This document shows positions 10,365-19,688 of a stretch of 64,000 nt of DNA, piece by piece. How positions within the stretch are numbered: position 1 is the first letter of the stretch; each line of letters begins with the position of its first letter. A program made the position numbers and the translations under genes. Source of the stretch: an uncultured delta proteobacterium (GTDB lineage Bacteria; Myxococcota_A; Polyangia; Polyangiales; Polyangiaceae). The notes under the pieces were generated by a model that saw only the letters and a program-made list of their open reading frames with translations, did no database searches and was not told where the DNA came from. Where the stretch lies: NCBI GenBank assembly GCA_963696385.1, contig CAVOKF010000008.1, positions 192,001 through 256,000 on the forward strand. Reading direction: 5' to 3'.

Positions 10365-12650
10365 TCACGCCGCGGCGAGCACAATGGCGTAGCCACGGCC
10401 CCGCTCGAGCCCGAGGACGAGCGCCTCCGGCGCCCGCCCCGTTCCGACGCGCGCCGCAGCGATCGCGATGGCCACCGCCCCCAACGCGCCATTTTCACCC
10501 AACCGGTCCGCACACGAAACTCGGGGTTGATCCCCCCAACCGGTTCGCGCAAGGAAGGCGTCGACAGCCGGGCTCGATCGGGCCACGACAACCTCGGCAC
10601 GATCGGCCGTCGGGGGGCGAACCGCACCGGCGGAGCCGCTGCCGTCGCCGCGCCATTGGAGCCTCTGCGCCACGTGCGCGAGAATGGGGGCGCCCCGGCC
10701 GCGAGCGGCGGCGGCCGTCTCGATGGCGATCGCCGCGGCCAGATCGCTCCGGCTCGGCCCTGCCGCCTGCAACGCCGCGTCCGAGCAGAGGGGCGAGAGC
10801 ACTCGCCGGACGATATCGCCGCCCGGCTCGGAGGCCACCACCACGACTCGCGCCGACTCTGCGCCTTCGACGAGCTCGACCGCCTGGGCAAACGCACAGT
10901 CCGCGCTCGCCGCCAGATCGGCCACGGCAAACGCGGGACCGCGCATCCCCAGGTAAATGGACACGTGGCCGACGGCGGAACTCGGCACCAGGTTGGGGAA
11001 TTCCGAGGGGCTCGCGGCGCGCGGCCCTTTTTGAAAGACGCGGTAAAGAAACGCCGCCGATGCGTCCGCGGCGCCGAACGCGCTGCCGAGGACCACGCCG
11101 CTGCCCGCCGCGGTCGCGCGGGCATCCCGCAAGGCATGTTCGACCGCCAGAGTGGCGAGTTTGGACGTGCGATCGAGCCGACGAGCGCGAGCCGCATCGA
11201 GATGGGTGTCCGGGTCCACGGCGGCGGCGCCGATGCGGCGTCCCGAAAGCAGATCGGCGCAACCTTCGGCCCCCATCGAACCCGCCGAGCCCACGACCGA
11301 GACGCCCGTTACGACCGAAGCGCAGCCCGACGGTGCCGGCCGATCGCCCACGCGGGACACGGGTGCGGCCGGCGGGTCGCAGACGCCCGTGGCGATAGAA
11401 GCGCAGCCCAACGGTACCGGCCGATTGCCCACGCCGGACACGGGTGCGGGCGGGTCGCACGGGGTGAACACCAGGACCGTGGCCAGCCCGCCAAAGCCGA
11501 ATGCGTTGGACAGCGCTGCGCGGACGCGGGCCACCTCCCGCCCGACGTGCGGGACGTGAAGCAGGTCGATCGAGGGGTCCGGCTCATCGAGCCCAGCGGT
11601 CGGCACGAGAGTCTTCCGGGATACGACGAGCGCCGTGACGACCGCTTCGATGCCCCCCGCTGCACCCAGCGTATGCCCGATTTGACCTTTGCTGCTTGAG
11701 ACCGGAATGCGGGCCAGATCGCTGCCTAAGGCGCGTTTGAGCGCGGCGCACTCCATCGAGTCGTTCGCGGGTGTGCCCGTACCATGTGCGTTGACGTAGT
11801 CGATCTCCGAGGGGGAAATGCCCGCGCGCTCGATCGCCCGCTCGATGAGCTTCGCGACGACTTCGCCGTGCGGATCGGGGTCCGTGATGTGGTGGGCTTC
11901 GGAGCCCATGGCCCACCCGGCGAGCTCTGCAATGGGCGCAGCGCCGCGCGCCTTCGCGTCCTCGGCGCGCTCGAGCACGAGGAACCCGGCGCCCTCACCG
12001 AGGCTCGTCCCGCGCCGCCGCCGATCGAACGGCCTGCACGGCACCCGATCGAGGGCACCGAGCGAGTTGAACCCCGTGAACGTGAGCCGGCAGAGCCCAT
12101 CGCTGCCTCCCGCGACGACGGCGTCGACCTGTCCGGACAGCAGCCAAGCCGCCCCGACGGCAATGGCATTCGCTCCGCTCGAACACGCGCTTGCGAGCGT
12201 GCGGACGCGAGCAAAGGGCCCCCATCGCTCGTCGACCCGGTCGCCGGTGGCCGTCATCGGATGCGAGAGCATCGCCAAGGGCACGTCGCGCCCATCGAGA
12301 TGCGCGTGGAATTGGGCCAGCAGATGTTCGGTCTCGAACATTCCGCTCGTCGTTCCGCCCACCACCAGCCCCACGACCGCGTCGGTTGCCCTGAGCCTCG
12401 CCATCGTCATGGCTTCTGCAACCGCGGCGAGCGCCATCGCACTCGTACGAGACCACGCCCCGGGAGGATGGATCGGCGTGACAATCCCATCGACTTCGGC
12501 AGCCCAATCCGATCGCTGTCCGGAGACGTCGAAGAGTTGCACGGGGCGAATCGCGCGATCGCCTCGGACGAGTCGGGACCAGGTCTTTTCGAGACCGACG
12601 CCGAGCGGCGTTACGGTCCCGAGCCCGGTCACCCACAAGCGTGGCTTCAC
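10365..12650 (-). CDS. FabF-like beta-ketoacyl-ACP synthase fused to a C-terminal CLF-like domain
   Basis: SACSSG (Cys), NAHGTGT, GHTLGAAG, NAFGFGG; second domain FPNLVPSS. Confidence 0.92.
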   Translation of the reverse strand: MKPRLWVTGLGTVTPLGVGLEKTWSRLVRGDRAIRPVQLFDVSGQRSDWAAEVDGIVTPIHPPGAWSRTSAMALAAVAEAMTMARLRATDAVVGLVVGGTTSGMFETEHLLAQFHAHLDGRDVPLAMLSHPMTATGDRVDERWGPFARVRTLASACSSGANAIAVGAAWLLSGQVDAVVAGGSDGLCRLTFTGFNSLGALDRVPCRPFDRRRRGTSLGEGAGFLVLERAEDAKARGAAPIAELAGWAMGSEAHHITDPDPHGEVVAKLIERAIERAGISPSEIDYVNAHGTGTPANDSMECAALKRALGSDLARIPVSSSKGQIGHTLGAAGGIEAVVTALVVSRKTLVPTAGLDEPDPSIDLLHVPHVGREVARVRAALSNAFGFGGLATVLVFTPCDPPAPVSGVGNRPVPLGCASIATGVCDPPAAPVSRVGDRPAPSGCASVVTGVSVVGSAGSMGAEGCADLLSGRRIGAAAVDPDTHLDAARARRLDRTSKLATLAVEHALRDARATAAGSGVVLGSAFGAADASAAFLYRVFQKGPRAASPSEFPNLVPSSAVGHVSIYLGMRGPAFAVADLAASADCAFAQAVELVEGAESARVVVVASEPGGDIVRRVLSPLCSDAALQAAGPSRSDLAAAIAIETAAAARGRGAPILAHVAQRLQWRGDGSGSAGAVRPPTADRAEVVVARSSPAVDAFLARTGWGDQPRVSCADRLGENGALGAVAIAIAAARVGTGRAPEALVLGLERGRGYAIVLAAA
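11300..11459. repeat. Intragenic ~81-bp tandem duplication in the KS linker
   Basis: AGACGCCCGT at 11300 and 11381; peptide CDPPA..VS.VG.RP.P.GCAS..TG appears twice. Confidence 0.85.
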
Positions 12651-12910
12651 GCGGTGCGCACCTTGGCGACATGGTCGGCGATGGTTCGCACGCTGCGGAA
12701 GACTTCGCGCGCTTCCTCCCCTTCCGGCAGCCGCACCCCGAGCCTCTCCTCGATCGACATCGCGAGCTGCAACGCGTCGAGGGAGTCGAGCCCGAGACCG
12801 CCGCCAAAGAGCGGCGCCTCGTCTTCGATCGTGTCGGGGTCACGCCCTTTGAGGTTGAGCTCCGTCACGATGAGGCGCTTGATTTCAGCGCGCAGATGAG
12901 CCGAGTCCAT
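12647..12910 (-). CDS. Acyl carrier protein
   Basis: LFGGGLGLDSLDAL phosphopantetheine Ser motif; 87 aa; overlaps the KS start. Confidence 0.93.
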   Translation of the reverse strand: MDSAHLRAEIKRLIVTELNLKGRDPDTIEDEAPLFGGGLGLDSLDALQLAMSIEERLGVRLPEGEEAREVFRSVRTIADHVAKVRTA

Positions 12911-13509
12911 TCGTAACCTGCGCTCATAGCATAGGCCCCGTAGGGTCGGAGGATCCCGAATGGCGCCGCCCCCCCCCGGGGCGTCGCGTCCGGTCGCGTC
13001 CCGCCCGCATCGCGTCGCGATCGGCGGGTCATGTCCTTCGACGGCGGGGTCGAAGAGCTCAGGACGTCCCACCGCTTGCCCCCCCGTCCGCGTCCCGCCG
13101 GGATCGTTCAGGACCTTGGGCCCCGGGCACGCGCCGGTTAGACGCTCACGAGCTCCCACGGAGCCATCAGAATCCTGCGGAATGCGCTTGAGCGGGCGCG
13201 GTTCGATGGGTCCGATCGGGGCCCCTTTGAGTTGGATCTCCAGTCGTTCCTCGAGGCGTCGTGCGGCGACTCCGATGCCGATGCCGGCGGTCGTCTGAAC
13301 CAAAAGCGCCGTGCAGGCCCAGAGCGCCACGGCCACTGCGACGCGCGCCGCATGTGAACCCGATTTGCGCCGCATCGTAAATAAGTCTAAGACGCCAACG
13401 TCGAGACGCCAGCGTGACAATGGGTCGCGGGGCCCGCTCCCGACAATTCAGCTCGGGTCTCCGGCGCTTGAGATGGGCGGTTCCGGGTCCGTGCGTTGGA
13501 GCCGGCGAG

Positions 13510-14304
13510 ATGGGGACGCTCGTGAATTACGCCACGGACAAGGGTGTCGCGCTGCTCACGCTGAGCGATCCTCCCGACAATGCGTACACGCACGAAAGCA
13601 TCAAGGAGCTCGATGCCTGCATCCTGGAAGCTCGGTTCGACGACGACATCCACGTCGTCGTCCTCACCGGTCAGGGGGACAAGTACTTTTCAGCAGGCGC
13701 CAGCGCGAACATGCTCAAAGAGGCCGACGAGAGCTTCCAGTATTACTTCTTCCTCCACGCCGGCGAAACCTTCCTCCGGTTCGAGAACACGCCCAAGCTC
13801 GTCATCGCGGCCATCAATGGCCACTGCCTGGGCGGGGGCCTCGAGCTCGCGTTGTCGTGCGATTTACGCGTAGCCCGTCAAGGAGCGTTCCAGATCGGTG
13901 TGCCCGACCTCGAACTCGGGTTGTCGCCGGGCGCGGGGGGAACCCAGCGGCTCGCGCGCCTGGTCGGAAAGGCCCGCGCCATCGAGCTCTTGGTCGAAGC
14001 GAAGAGGCTGTCGGTCGACGAAGCCCTCACGGCCGGCATCGTGCACAAAGTCTGGGAAAGCGAGACGAGCGATTCTTTCGTCCGGCGCGCGGTCGATTAC
14101 GCCCACGAGTTCTGCCCGCCCGGGCGTGCGGCGATCGCCGTGGGGCAGATCAAACGGGCCGTCCAGAGCGGCGCCGAGTCGAGCCTCGAACAGGGACTGG
14201 CGATCGAGCGAGAGCTGCAGCAGCGCGTCTTCGGAACCCACGACGTTCGCGAGGGCCTTGCGGCATTCATTCACAAACGAAAGCCGACGTTCCAGGCCCG
14301 GTGA
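13510..14304 (+). CDS. Enoyl-CoA hydratase/isomerase family protein
   Basis: [35 protein letters not shown]. Confidence 0.92.
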   Translation: MGTLVNYATDKGVALLTLSDPPDNAYTHESIKELDACILEARFDDDIHVVVLTGQGDKYFSAGASANMLKEADESFQYYFFLHAGETFLRFENTPKLVIAAINGHCLGGGLELALSCDLRVARQGAFQIGVPDLELGLSPGAGGTQRLARLVGKARAIELLVEAKRLSVDEALTAGIVHKVWESETSDSFVRRAVDYAHEFCPPGRAAIAVGQIKRAVQSGAESSLEQGLAIERELQQRVFGTHDVREGLAAFIHKRKPTFQAR

Positions 14305-14310
14305 GATTGG

Positions 14311-14500
14311 GACGGGGTCGCGGGTTGGGGTCGAGGTCGAGGGTTAGGTCGGGGTCGAGGTAGTCGAGGTCGAGGTCGGGGTTAGGTCGGGGTCGAGGTT
14401 GTCGAGGTCGAGGGTTAGGTCGGGGTCGAGGTTGTCGAGGTCGGGGTCGGGGTCGAGGGTCGCGGTTGCGTTGGGGTTTTTGGGGTCGCGGGGTTGGGGC
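14311..14500. repeat. Degenerate GRGGTC hexamer tract (G-rich on + strand)
   Basis: GGGGTC/GAGGTC/GGGTTA units between convergent genes. Confidence 0.9.
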
Positions 14501-14503
14501 CGA

Positions 14504-15988
14504 TCAGCCGGCGCGCGCGAAGAGGCGCGCGTAGTGGTCGGCGATGGCGTCTCCACCGAGTTGGGAAAAGAACGTGGAGTACGCCATCCAGATGGCGAGC
14601 CCGTTGACGTCCCGGAACATCGCGGGCAGGTAGTAGGGCGGTCGGACTATGCCGTCGGCGATGTGACGGGCCAGTACGGGGATGTCCTCGTGCGCCACTT
14701 TGCCGACGAAGAGCAACGGAACGAGATCGACGCGGTCGTGCTGTATCGCGCTACGGATGAACGCGTAGTTGAGCACGATGCCTTTGCAGTAGCAGGCGTC
14801 CTTCGTAAAGGGAGCTCCTCCGTCGATGACTCCGCCGCGGAAGATTCGCCGGGTGTTGTTGAAGCATTCGGGCTCGTCGTAACCCTCGGTACGAAACCAC
14901 TCGAACACGTCGAGGAAGCTCGCGCCGTCCTCGGCCTTGTCCACGGCCAAAACGCGGTCGTTCAGTCGACGCGCGCGACGAGGATGGGTGCGAAACGTGA
15001 ACATCTCCATCAACGCCGCGAGACCCTCCTGCACGGCGGCGGTTCGCGGCGGGCCTTTGGCGAGCCACTTCGCGACCGGCTGAGCCTGGCCGTTGAGCGA
15101 CGTCGCGACGTGCACCCACCCCTCGTGGACCTCGAGGACGTCGATGTCGCGCGGGCTGAACTTCGCCCCCGTTCGAACCTTCACATAGTCGCTACCGGCC
15201 GCCGCGTCGGCCAGTATGCCGTCGTCGGCCTCCACCCGAACGTGCGCGTGCCCGAAGAAAGCGGCCAGCCGTTCACCGAGCTGCCGCGCCGCTTCGGTCG
15301 CATCGATCGTACGCGAATAGGCGAGGCGCCCTGCGCCTTCCCGTTCGTCGACGCTCGTCAGGATGCCGTACAGCAGCCGGCCCAGATCGCGAACGGTCGA
15401 TCGTCCGTCGGGAAATGTGTCCTTGGGCGAGCCGTACAGCTTTCGTGACGCAGCATAAAAGGCCGGCGTGCCGCGCGCCGTCAGCATGCGCACGACGTCG
15501 CGGTACTCGAGCGCCGTGGTGAGCATGATCGCACCGACCGCATCGCTGTCGCCGAGCTCCTTGTCGATGTCGCTCGCGATGGCTTCGAATTCTTCGATCT
15601 TGGCGCGCGGCTCGAACCCGAGGTCGACGTTCTCGTAGTAGGCGACGTCGACCTTGGGCGGCACCCGGGGCCGACTCTTGAAAAAATGGTCCTCAACCGA
15701 ATCGTCCCAGCGGAGCGCCTGAAGGACGCGAATGGGCTTCTGCGCGTCGACGATGCGATCGGCCAGACGAGCGATGATCTCCTTGTGACTGCGCCAGGGT
15801 CCGACCGTTGAGGGGGGGGCCGGCACCGCGACGCCGACCAATGACGGCAGATCGTCCTTGCCGCCGATCCCCGAGCCGACCGGACGCGGTCCGTTGCGTA
15901 GCGCGACGGCGCCGTCCGGAGTCCTCCGCTCTTCGATCCTTTCGAGAGCGGCCGGGTCCTCGGGCTCCTTCGCGCGGCGCTCGGCCAT
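14504..15988 (-). CDS. QEGLA-motif (DUF1704-like) putative metallopeptidase
   Basis: HEGWVH (HExxxH) and QEGLA motifs, FTKDACY. Confidence 0.9.
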   Translation of the reverse strand: MAERRAKEPEDPAALERIEERRTPDGAVALRNGPRPVGSGIGGKDDLPSLVGVAVPAPPSTVGPWRSHKEIIARLADRIVDAQKPIRVLQALRWDDSVEDHFFKSRPRVPPKVDVAYYENVDLGFEPRAKIEEFEAIASDIDKELGDSDAVGAIMLTTALEYRDVVRMLTARGTPAFYAASRKLYGSPKDTFPDGRSTVRDLGRLLYGILTSVDEREGAGRLAYSRTIDATEAARQLGERLAAFFGHAHVRVEADDGILADAAAGSDYVKVRTGAKFSPRDIDVLEVHEGWVHVATSLNGQAQPVAKWLAKGPPRTAAVQEGLAALMEMFTFRTHPRRARRLNDRVLAVDKAEDGASFLDVFEWFRTEGYDEPECFNNTRRIFRGGVIDGGAPFTKDACYCKGIVLNYAFIRSAIQHDRVDLVPLLFVGKVAHEDIPVLARHIADGIVRPPYYLPAMFRDVNGLAIWMAYSTFFSQLGGDAIADHYARLFARAG

Positions 15989-16000
15989 GGGCAATGCGTA

Positions 16001-17026
16001 CTATCCCACGGATCGGACCACCCGTTCGAGGACGTCGACATCGCGAACGGCGTCCACTTCGGCTCGATAGCTCAAAACGAGCCGATGGCGCAGCACGGGA
16101 ACCACGAGGGCACGGACGTCTTCGACGTCGGCGGCCGCTTCGCCGCGAAGCGCGGCTCGGGCCTTGGCCGCCAGCACGAGAGCCTGAGGCCCGCGCGGAC
16201 CGGCCCCGAACCGCACGAGATCCCGTACTTCACGCGGCGCCTTGGGGTCGTGCGGACGCGTCGCCCGGCCCAGCGCGACCGCGAGCTCGACCGCAGCCTC
16301 GGTCACGGGCAACCGCGGCACGAGGGCCTGAAGAGCGCGCACGTCATCGCCACCGAGCACCCGAGGCACCCTCATGGCTTGAACGCCCGTGGTCCGGCGC
16401 GCGATCTCGCGCTCCTCGTCGACGGTGGGATAATCGACGTGAACTTCGAGCAAGAAGCGGTCGAGCTGCGCCTCCGGCAGCGGGTAGGTGCCTTCTTGCT
16501 CGATGGGATTGCGCGTCGCGAATACGAGAAACGGGTCCGGCAGCGAATGGGTCTGCGTGCCGATCGTCACCCGGCGCTCTTGCATGGCCTGCAGCAGCGC
16601 GGCCTGGGTTTTCGGCGGCGTCCGGTTGATCTCGTCGGCGAGTACCAGGTTGTGGAAAATGGGGCCCGGCAGAAACCGCACGACCCGGCGGCTCGTTCCG
16701 GTGTCGACGTTGGCTTCTTCTTGGATCACGTCGGTGCCGGTGATGTCGGCCGGAAGCAGATCGGGAGTAAACTGAACGCGACCGAACGAGACGTCGAGCG
16801 CCTCGGCCAGGGAGGCGACGAGCAGCGTCTTGGCGAGCCCCGGCACCCCGACCAGAAGTGCATGACCGCGCGAGAGCAGCGCCACGAGCATGTGTTCGAT
16901 GACGTTGTCCTGACCCACGACGCGAACGGCAATGGCTTCACGCAGCCGGCGGCTCGCGTCGCGCGCCAGGGCGAGAAGGTCGACGTCGCCCAAGCCGTTC
17001 GTGATCGATCGCTCTGTCGTCGGCAT
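16001..17026 (-). CDS. MoxR-family AAA+ ATPase
   Basis: [50 protein letters not shown]. Confidence 0.95.
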   Translation of the reverse strand: MPTTERSITNGLGDVDLLALARDASRRLREAIAVRVVGQDNVIEHMLVALLSRGHALLVGVPGLAKTLLVASLAEALDVSFGRVQFTPDLLPADITGTDVIQEEANVDTGTSRRVVRFLPGPIFHNLVLADEINRTPPKTQAALLQAMQERRVTIGTQTHSLPDPFLVFATRNPIEQEGTYPLPEAQLDRFLLEVHVDYPTVDEEREIARRTTGVQAMRVPRVLGGDDVRALQALVPRLPVTEAAVELAVALGRATRPHDPKAPREVRDLVRFGAGPRGPQALVLAAKARAALRGEAAADVEDVRALVVPVLRHRLVLSYRAEVDAVRDVDVLERVVRSVG

Positions 17027-17094
17027 TCGTGCGGACAAGCAGTCGCATGCCACCTTTCGCCTGTCAAAACGCGCGACTGTTGCCTCGGTAGGGG

Positions 17095-17406
17095 TTGCGA
17101 TATGGAACTACCCCTCGGGACGCCTTGCCGACGCCCAACCACTCCCCGGATGCCGTGGTGATCGACCCCGCCGGCTTTCCCGCATCGGCCTCGGTCTGGA
17201 GCGATTCCGGAGTCTCGGCGGCTGGATCGGTACAGAACGCGGAACGACCCGAGCCGGGCCTTGCGAGAGGCCTTTGGGAAGCACCCCCATGGTTTTTTTG
17301 GACGGTCGCCGCCCTCACGGTCCTCGCGGGTGTCGCCGCTCTGACGGTCTGGATCCGGAGTGCGCTTGCGCGCGGGGGCCGCCGGCGCGGAGGAATGAAC
17401 GGGTGA
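17095..17406 (+). CDS. Small membrane protein, hypothetical (start uncertain)
   Basis: Single TM ([15 protein letters not shown]); stop overlaps the next GTG. Confidence 0.5.
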   Translation: MRYGTTPRDALPTPNHSPDAVVIDPAGFPASASVWSDSGVSAAGSVQNAERPEPGLARGLWEAPPWFFWTVAALTVLAGVAALTVWIRSALARGGRRRGGMNG

Positions 17407-18404
17407 ACGCTGAACCTCGAACCGCACGTGCACCCGCGGTCCGGCGCGTCCTGTTCGCCATGCTGCTCGCGGTGGTCGTCTACGGGGGGTTCGCCGTGTG
17501 GCGCGGCGTGGGGACGATGGGATCCGAGCTCCGTCGGTTCCACTGGTGGGCCTTCGGCGCGGCGTGCGGCCTGGCTTTCATGAACTACCTGTTGCGCTGG
17601 CTCAAGTGGGAGTTCTATCTCTCTCGGCTGAAGATTCGCGGAGTCGGCCGAATCGACAGTTTGCTCACGTTTCTCAGCGGCTTCGTGTTCACCGTGACGC
17701 CCGGAAAGGTCGGCGAAGTATTCAAGTCGCTCATCCTTTTCGATACGTACGAGGTGGCCGTGGCGCGCACGGCCCCGATCGTCGTCGCCGAGCGGATCAC
17801 CGACGTCATCGGCATCGCGGCCCTGATCGCCGTTGGATCGATCGGTCTGTCCGGCGGCCTGATGTGGGCGGCTGTCGGAATGACGGCGGTGATCCTGGTG
17901 GTCGTCGTCGTATCGCACCGATCCCTCTCGATGCGGCTCATCGGTCTCGTGCAACGACTCCCCGGGGCGTTTCGGCGCATCGGACCGAAGCTCCACGACG
18001 CCTACGACAGCCTCGCGACGCTGGTCCGCCCCGCCAACCTCGGCGTGCCCACGCTCCTGTCGATCGCCGCGTGGGCGCTCGAATGCGCGGCGCTCTGGGT
18101 CGTACTGCACGGCCTCGGGCAGCCGACCGGCTTCGGTCTCGCCACGTTCTTCTACGCCACGAGCACCCTCGCGGGAGCGATCGTCCCGGTACCGGGTGGG
18201 CTCGGCGTGACGGAGACGTCGCTGCAAAGCCAAATGCAGGATCTGGGGCATGTCGGCGCGACAGCCAGCACGGCCGCGATGATCCTGGTCCGCTTCGCCA
18301 CGCTGTGGTTCGCGGTGCTCGTGGGATTCGTGTCGTTGTCGATCCTGAAACGGCGCTATCCCCGGCTGCTTTCGGCCGACGCGTCACTCGACCGCGAGCC
18401 GTAG
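17403..18404 (+). CDS. Lysylphosphatidylglycerol synthase TM / UPF0104 flippase-like membrane protein
   Basis: Multi-TM; LRWLKW, TPGKVGE, ERITD, PGGLGVTE. Confidence 0.88.
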   Translation: MNAEPRTARAPAVRRVLFAMLLAVVVYGGFAVWRGVGTMGSELRRFHWWAFGAACGLAFMNYLLRWLKWEFYLSRLKIRGVGRIDSLLTFLSGFVFTVTPGKVGEVFKSLILFDTYEVAVARTAPIVVAERITDVIGIAALIAVGSIGLSGGLMWAAVGMTAVILVVVVVSHRSLSMRLIGLVQRLPGAFRRIGPKLHDAYDSLATLVRPANLGVPTLLSIAAWALECAALWVVLHGLGQPTGFGLATFFYATSTLAGAIVPVPGGLGVTETSLQSQMQDLGHVGATASTAAMILVRFATLWFAVLVGFVSLSILKRRYPRLLSADASLDREP

Positions 18405-19337
18405 CGCTTCGAGCGCCTCGGCGAAGTCGGCCGGCGGCGGGGCCTCGAAGCGCAGTCGCGCCCCCGAACGCGGATGCACGAACCCGAGAACGCGGGCATG
18501 AAGCGCCTGTCGGCCCAGCCGTTCCGAAGCTCGACGGACGCGTGGATCGCTCGACGACCGTCCGTAGAGCGGATCGCCGATGACCGGGTGACCGCTCTCC
18601 GCGAGATGCACCCGAATCTGGTGGGTCCGGCCTGTTTCGAGGACGCACTCGACGTGGGTCGCGGCGTGGAGCCGGGCGAGAACCCGAACGTGGGTGACCG
18701 CCGCCTTGCCGCTCGCGACGCGCCCCGTGAAGCGCAGGCGATCGCGCGGATGCCGGCCATGGAGCGTCGCGATCGTGGCCGGCGCAACGTCGCCCAACGC
18801 GATCGCGACGTAGGACCGTTCGATCGAGTGCGCCTGAAACTGCGCCTTGAGAGCTTCTCGCGCGAGCGGCGTTCGGGCGACCACCATCACGCCGCTCGTC
18901 CCCTTGTCGAGCCGATGGACGATGCCCGGCCGATCGTGCGCCCCGCCGAGTTCGACCCAGTCTTCGTGTCGGAACAGTCCGCGCGCCAGAAGACCGTTGA
19001 CCAGGGTGCCGCCCGGGTGACCGCGAGCGGGGTGGACCACGAGTCCAGCCGGCTTGTCCAGGACGACGACGTCGTCGTCCTCGTACAAGATGTCGAAGAG
19101 GATGCCGCTCTCGGGCAGGGCCTGCGTCGCAGCGACAGGCTCGGGACGGACCACGACACGGTCTCCGACGCGCACCTTGGCGCTTGCCGCGCACACAACT
19201 CCCTCGACCGTCACACCTCCGTGCCCCATCCAGCGTTTCAGTTCGGTCCGAGACACCCCGAGGGCCTGCGCAACGAACCGATCCAACCGCGACCCCCGCG
19301 CCTCGGGTGGGACGAGCAGGGCGATGGTGTCTTTCAC
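18384..19337 (-). CDS. rluD: RluA/RluD-family pseudouridine synthase
   Basis: S4-like RLDRF, DKPAGLVVHP, HRLDKGTSG, TGRTHQIRVH, GDPLYG. Confidence 0.9.
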   Translation of the reverse strand: MKDTIALLVPPEARGSRLDRFVAQALGVSRTELKRWMGHGGVTVEGVVCAASAKVRVGDRVVVRPEPVAATQALPESGILFDILYEDDDVVVLDKPAGLVVHPARGHPGGTLVNGLLARGLFRHEDWVELGGAHDRPGIVHRLDKGTSGVMVVARTPLAREALKAQFQAHSIERSYVAIALGDVAPATIATLHGRHPRDRLRFTGRVASGKAAVTHVRVLARLHAATHVECVLETGRTHQIRVHLAESGHPVIGDPLYGRSSSDPRVRRASERLGRQALHARVLGFVHPRSGARLRFEAPPPADFAEALEALRLAVE

Positions 19338-19597
19338 CAGAGCTTCGACTTGATGTGCCCCTTCGCCTTGATCAAGATGTCGACGAGCGCCCGATCGTAG
19401 AAGTTGCGAGGATACAGATCGGGCGCCACCCGTCTCTTGTAGAGGGCGCGACCCTCTTCGATCTCCTCGGCGAGCGAGTCGAAAAGGTTGTCGTTCTGAA
19501 TGCCGCTGACGATCTTGTCCTCGTTGTAAAGCGACAGATCGCTCGCAATGGCGCGCGCGAGCCGGCGTGCCGCTTCCTCGGTCTCGATGAGGGGCAT
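19334..19597 (-). CDS. Small conserved-looking hypothetical protein (87 aa)
   Basis: MPLIETEEAARRLARAIASDLSLYN; stop overlaps the rluD start. Confidence 0.8.
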   Translation of the reverse strand: MPLIETEEAARRLARAIASDLSLYNEDKIVSGIQNDNLFDSLAEEIEEGRALYKRRVAPDLYPRNFYDRALVDILIKAKGHIKSKLW

Positions 19598-19688
19598 AAG
19601 GTCGATGATGCCGCTCGAGCGCACGGGAGTCAAAGCCTTCACCTTGGTTCGGCCACTGAGCTCTGGTAAGAGCCGCTTAGAGCTGTGC

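Noticed and set aside
12911..13420. 170-aa N-terminal extension fused to the ACP
   Set aside because: The ACP domain has its own ATG at 12910. The extension is low-information and spans the divergent promoter region, though a small separate gene cannot be excluded.
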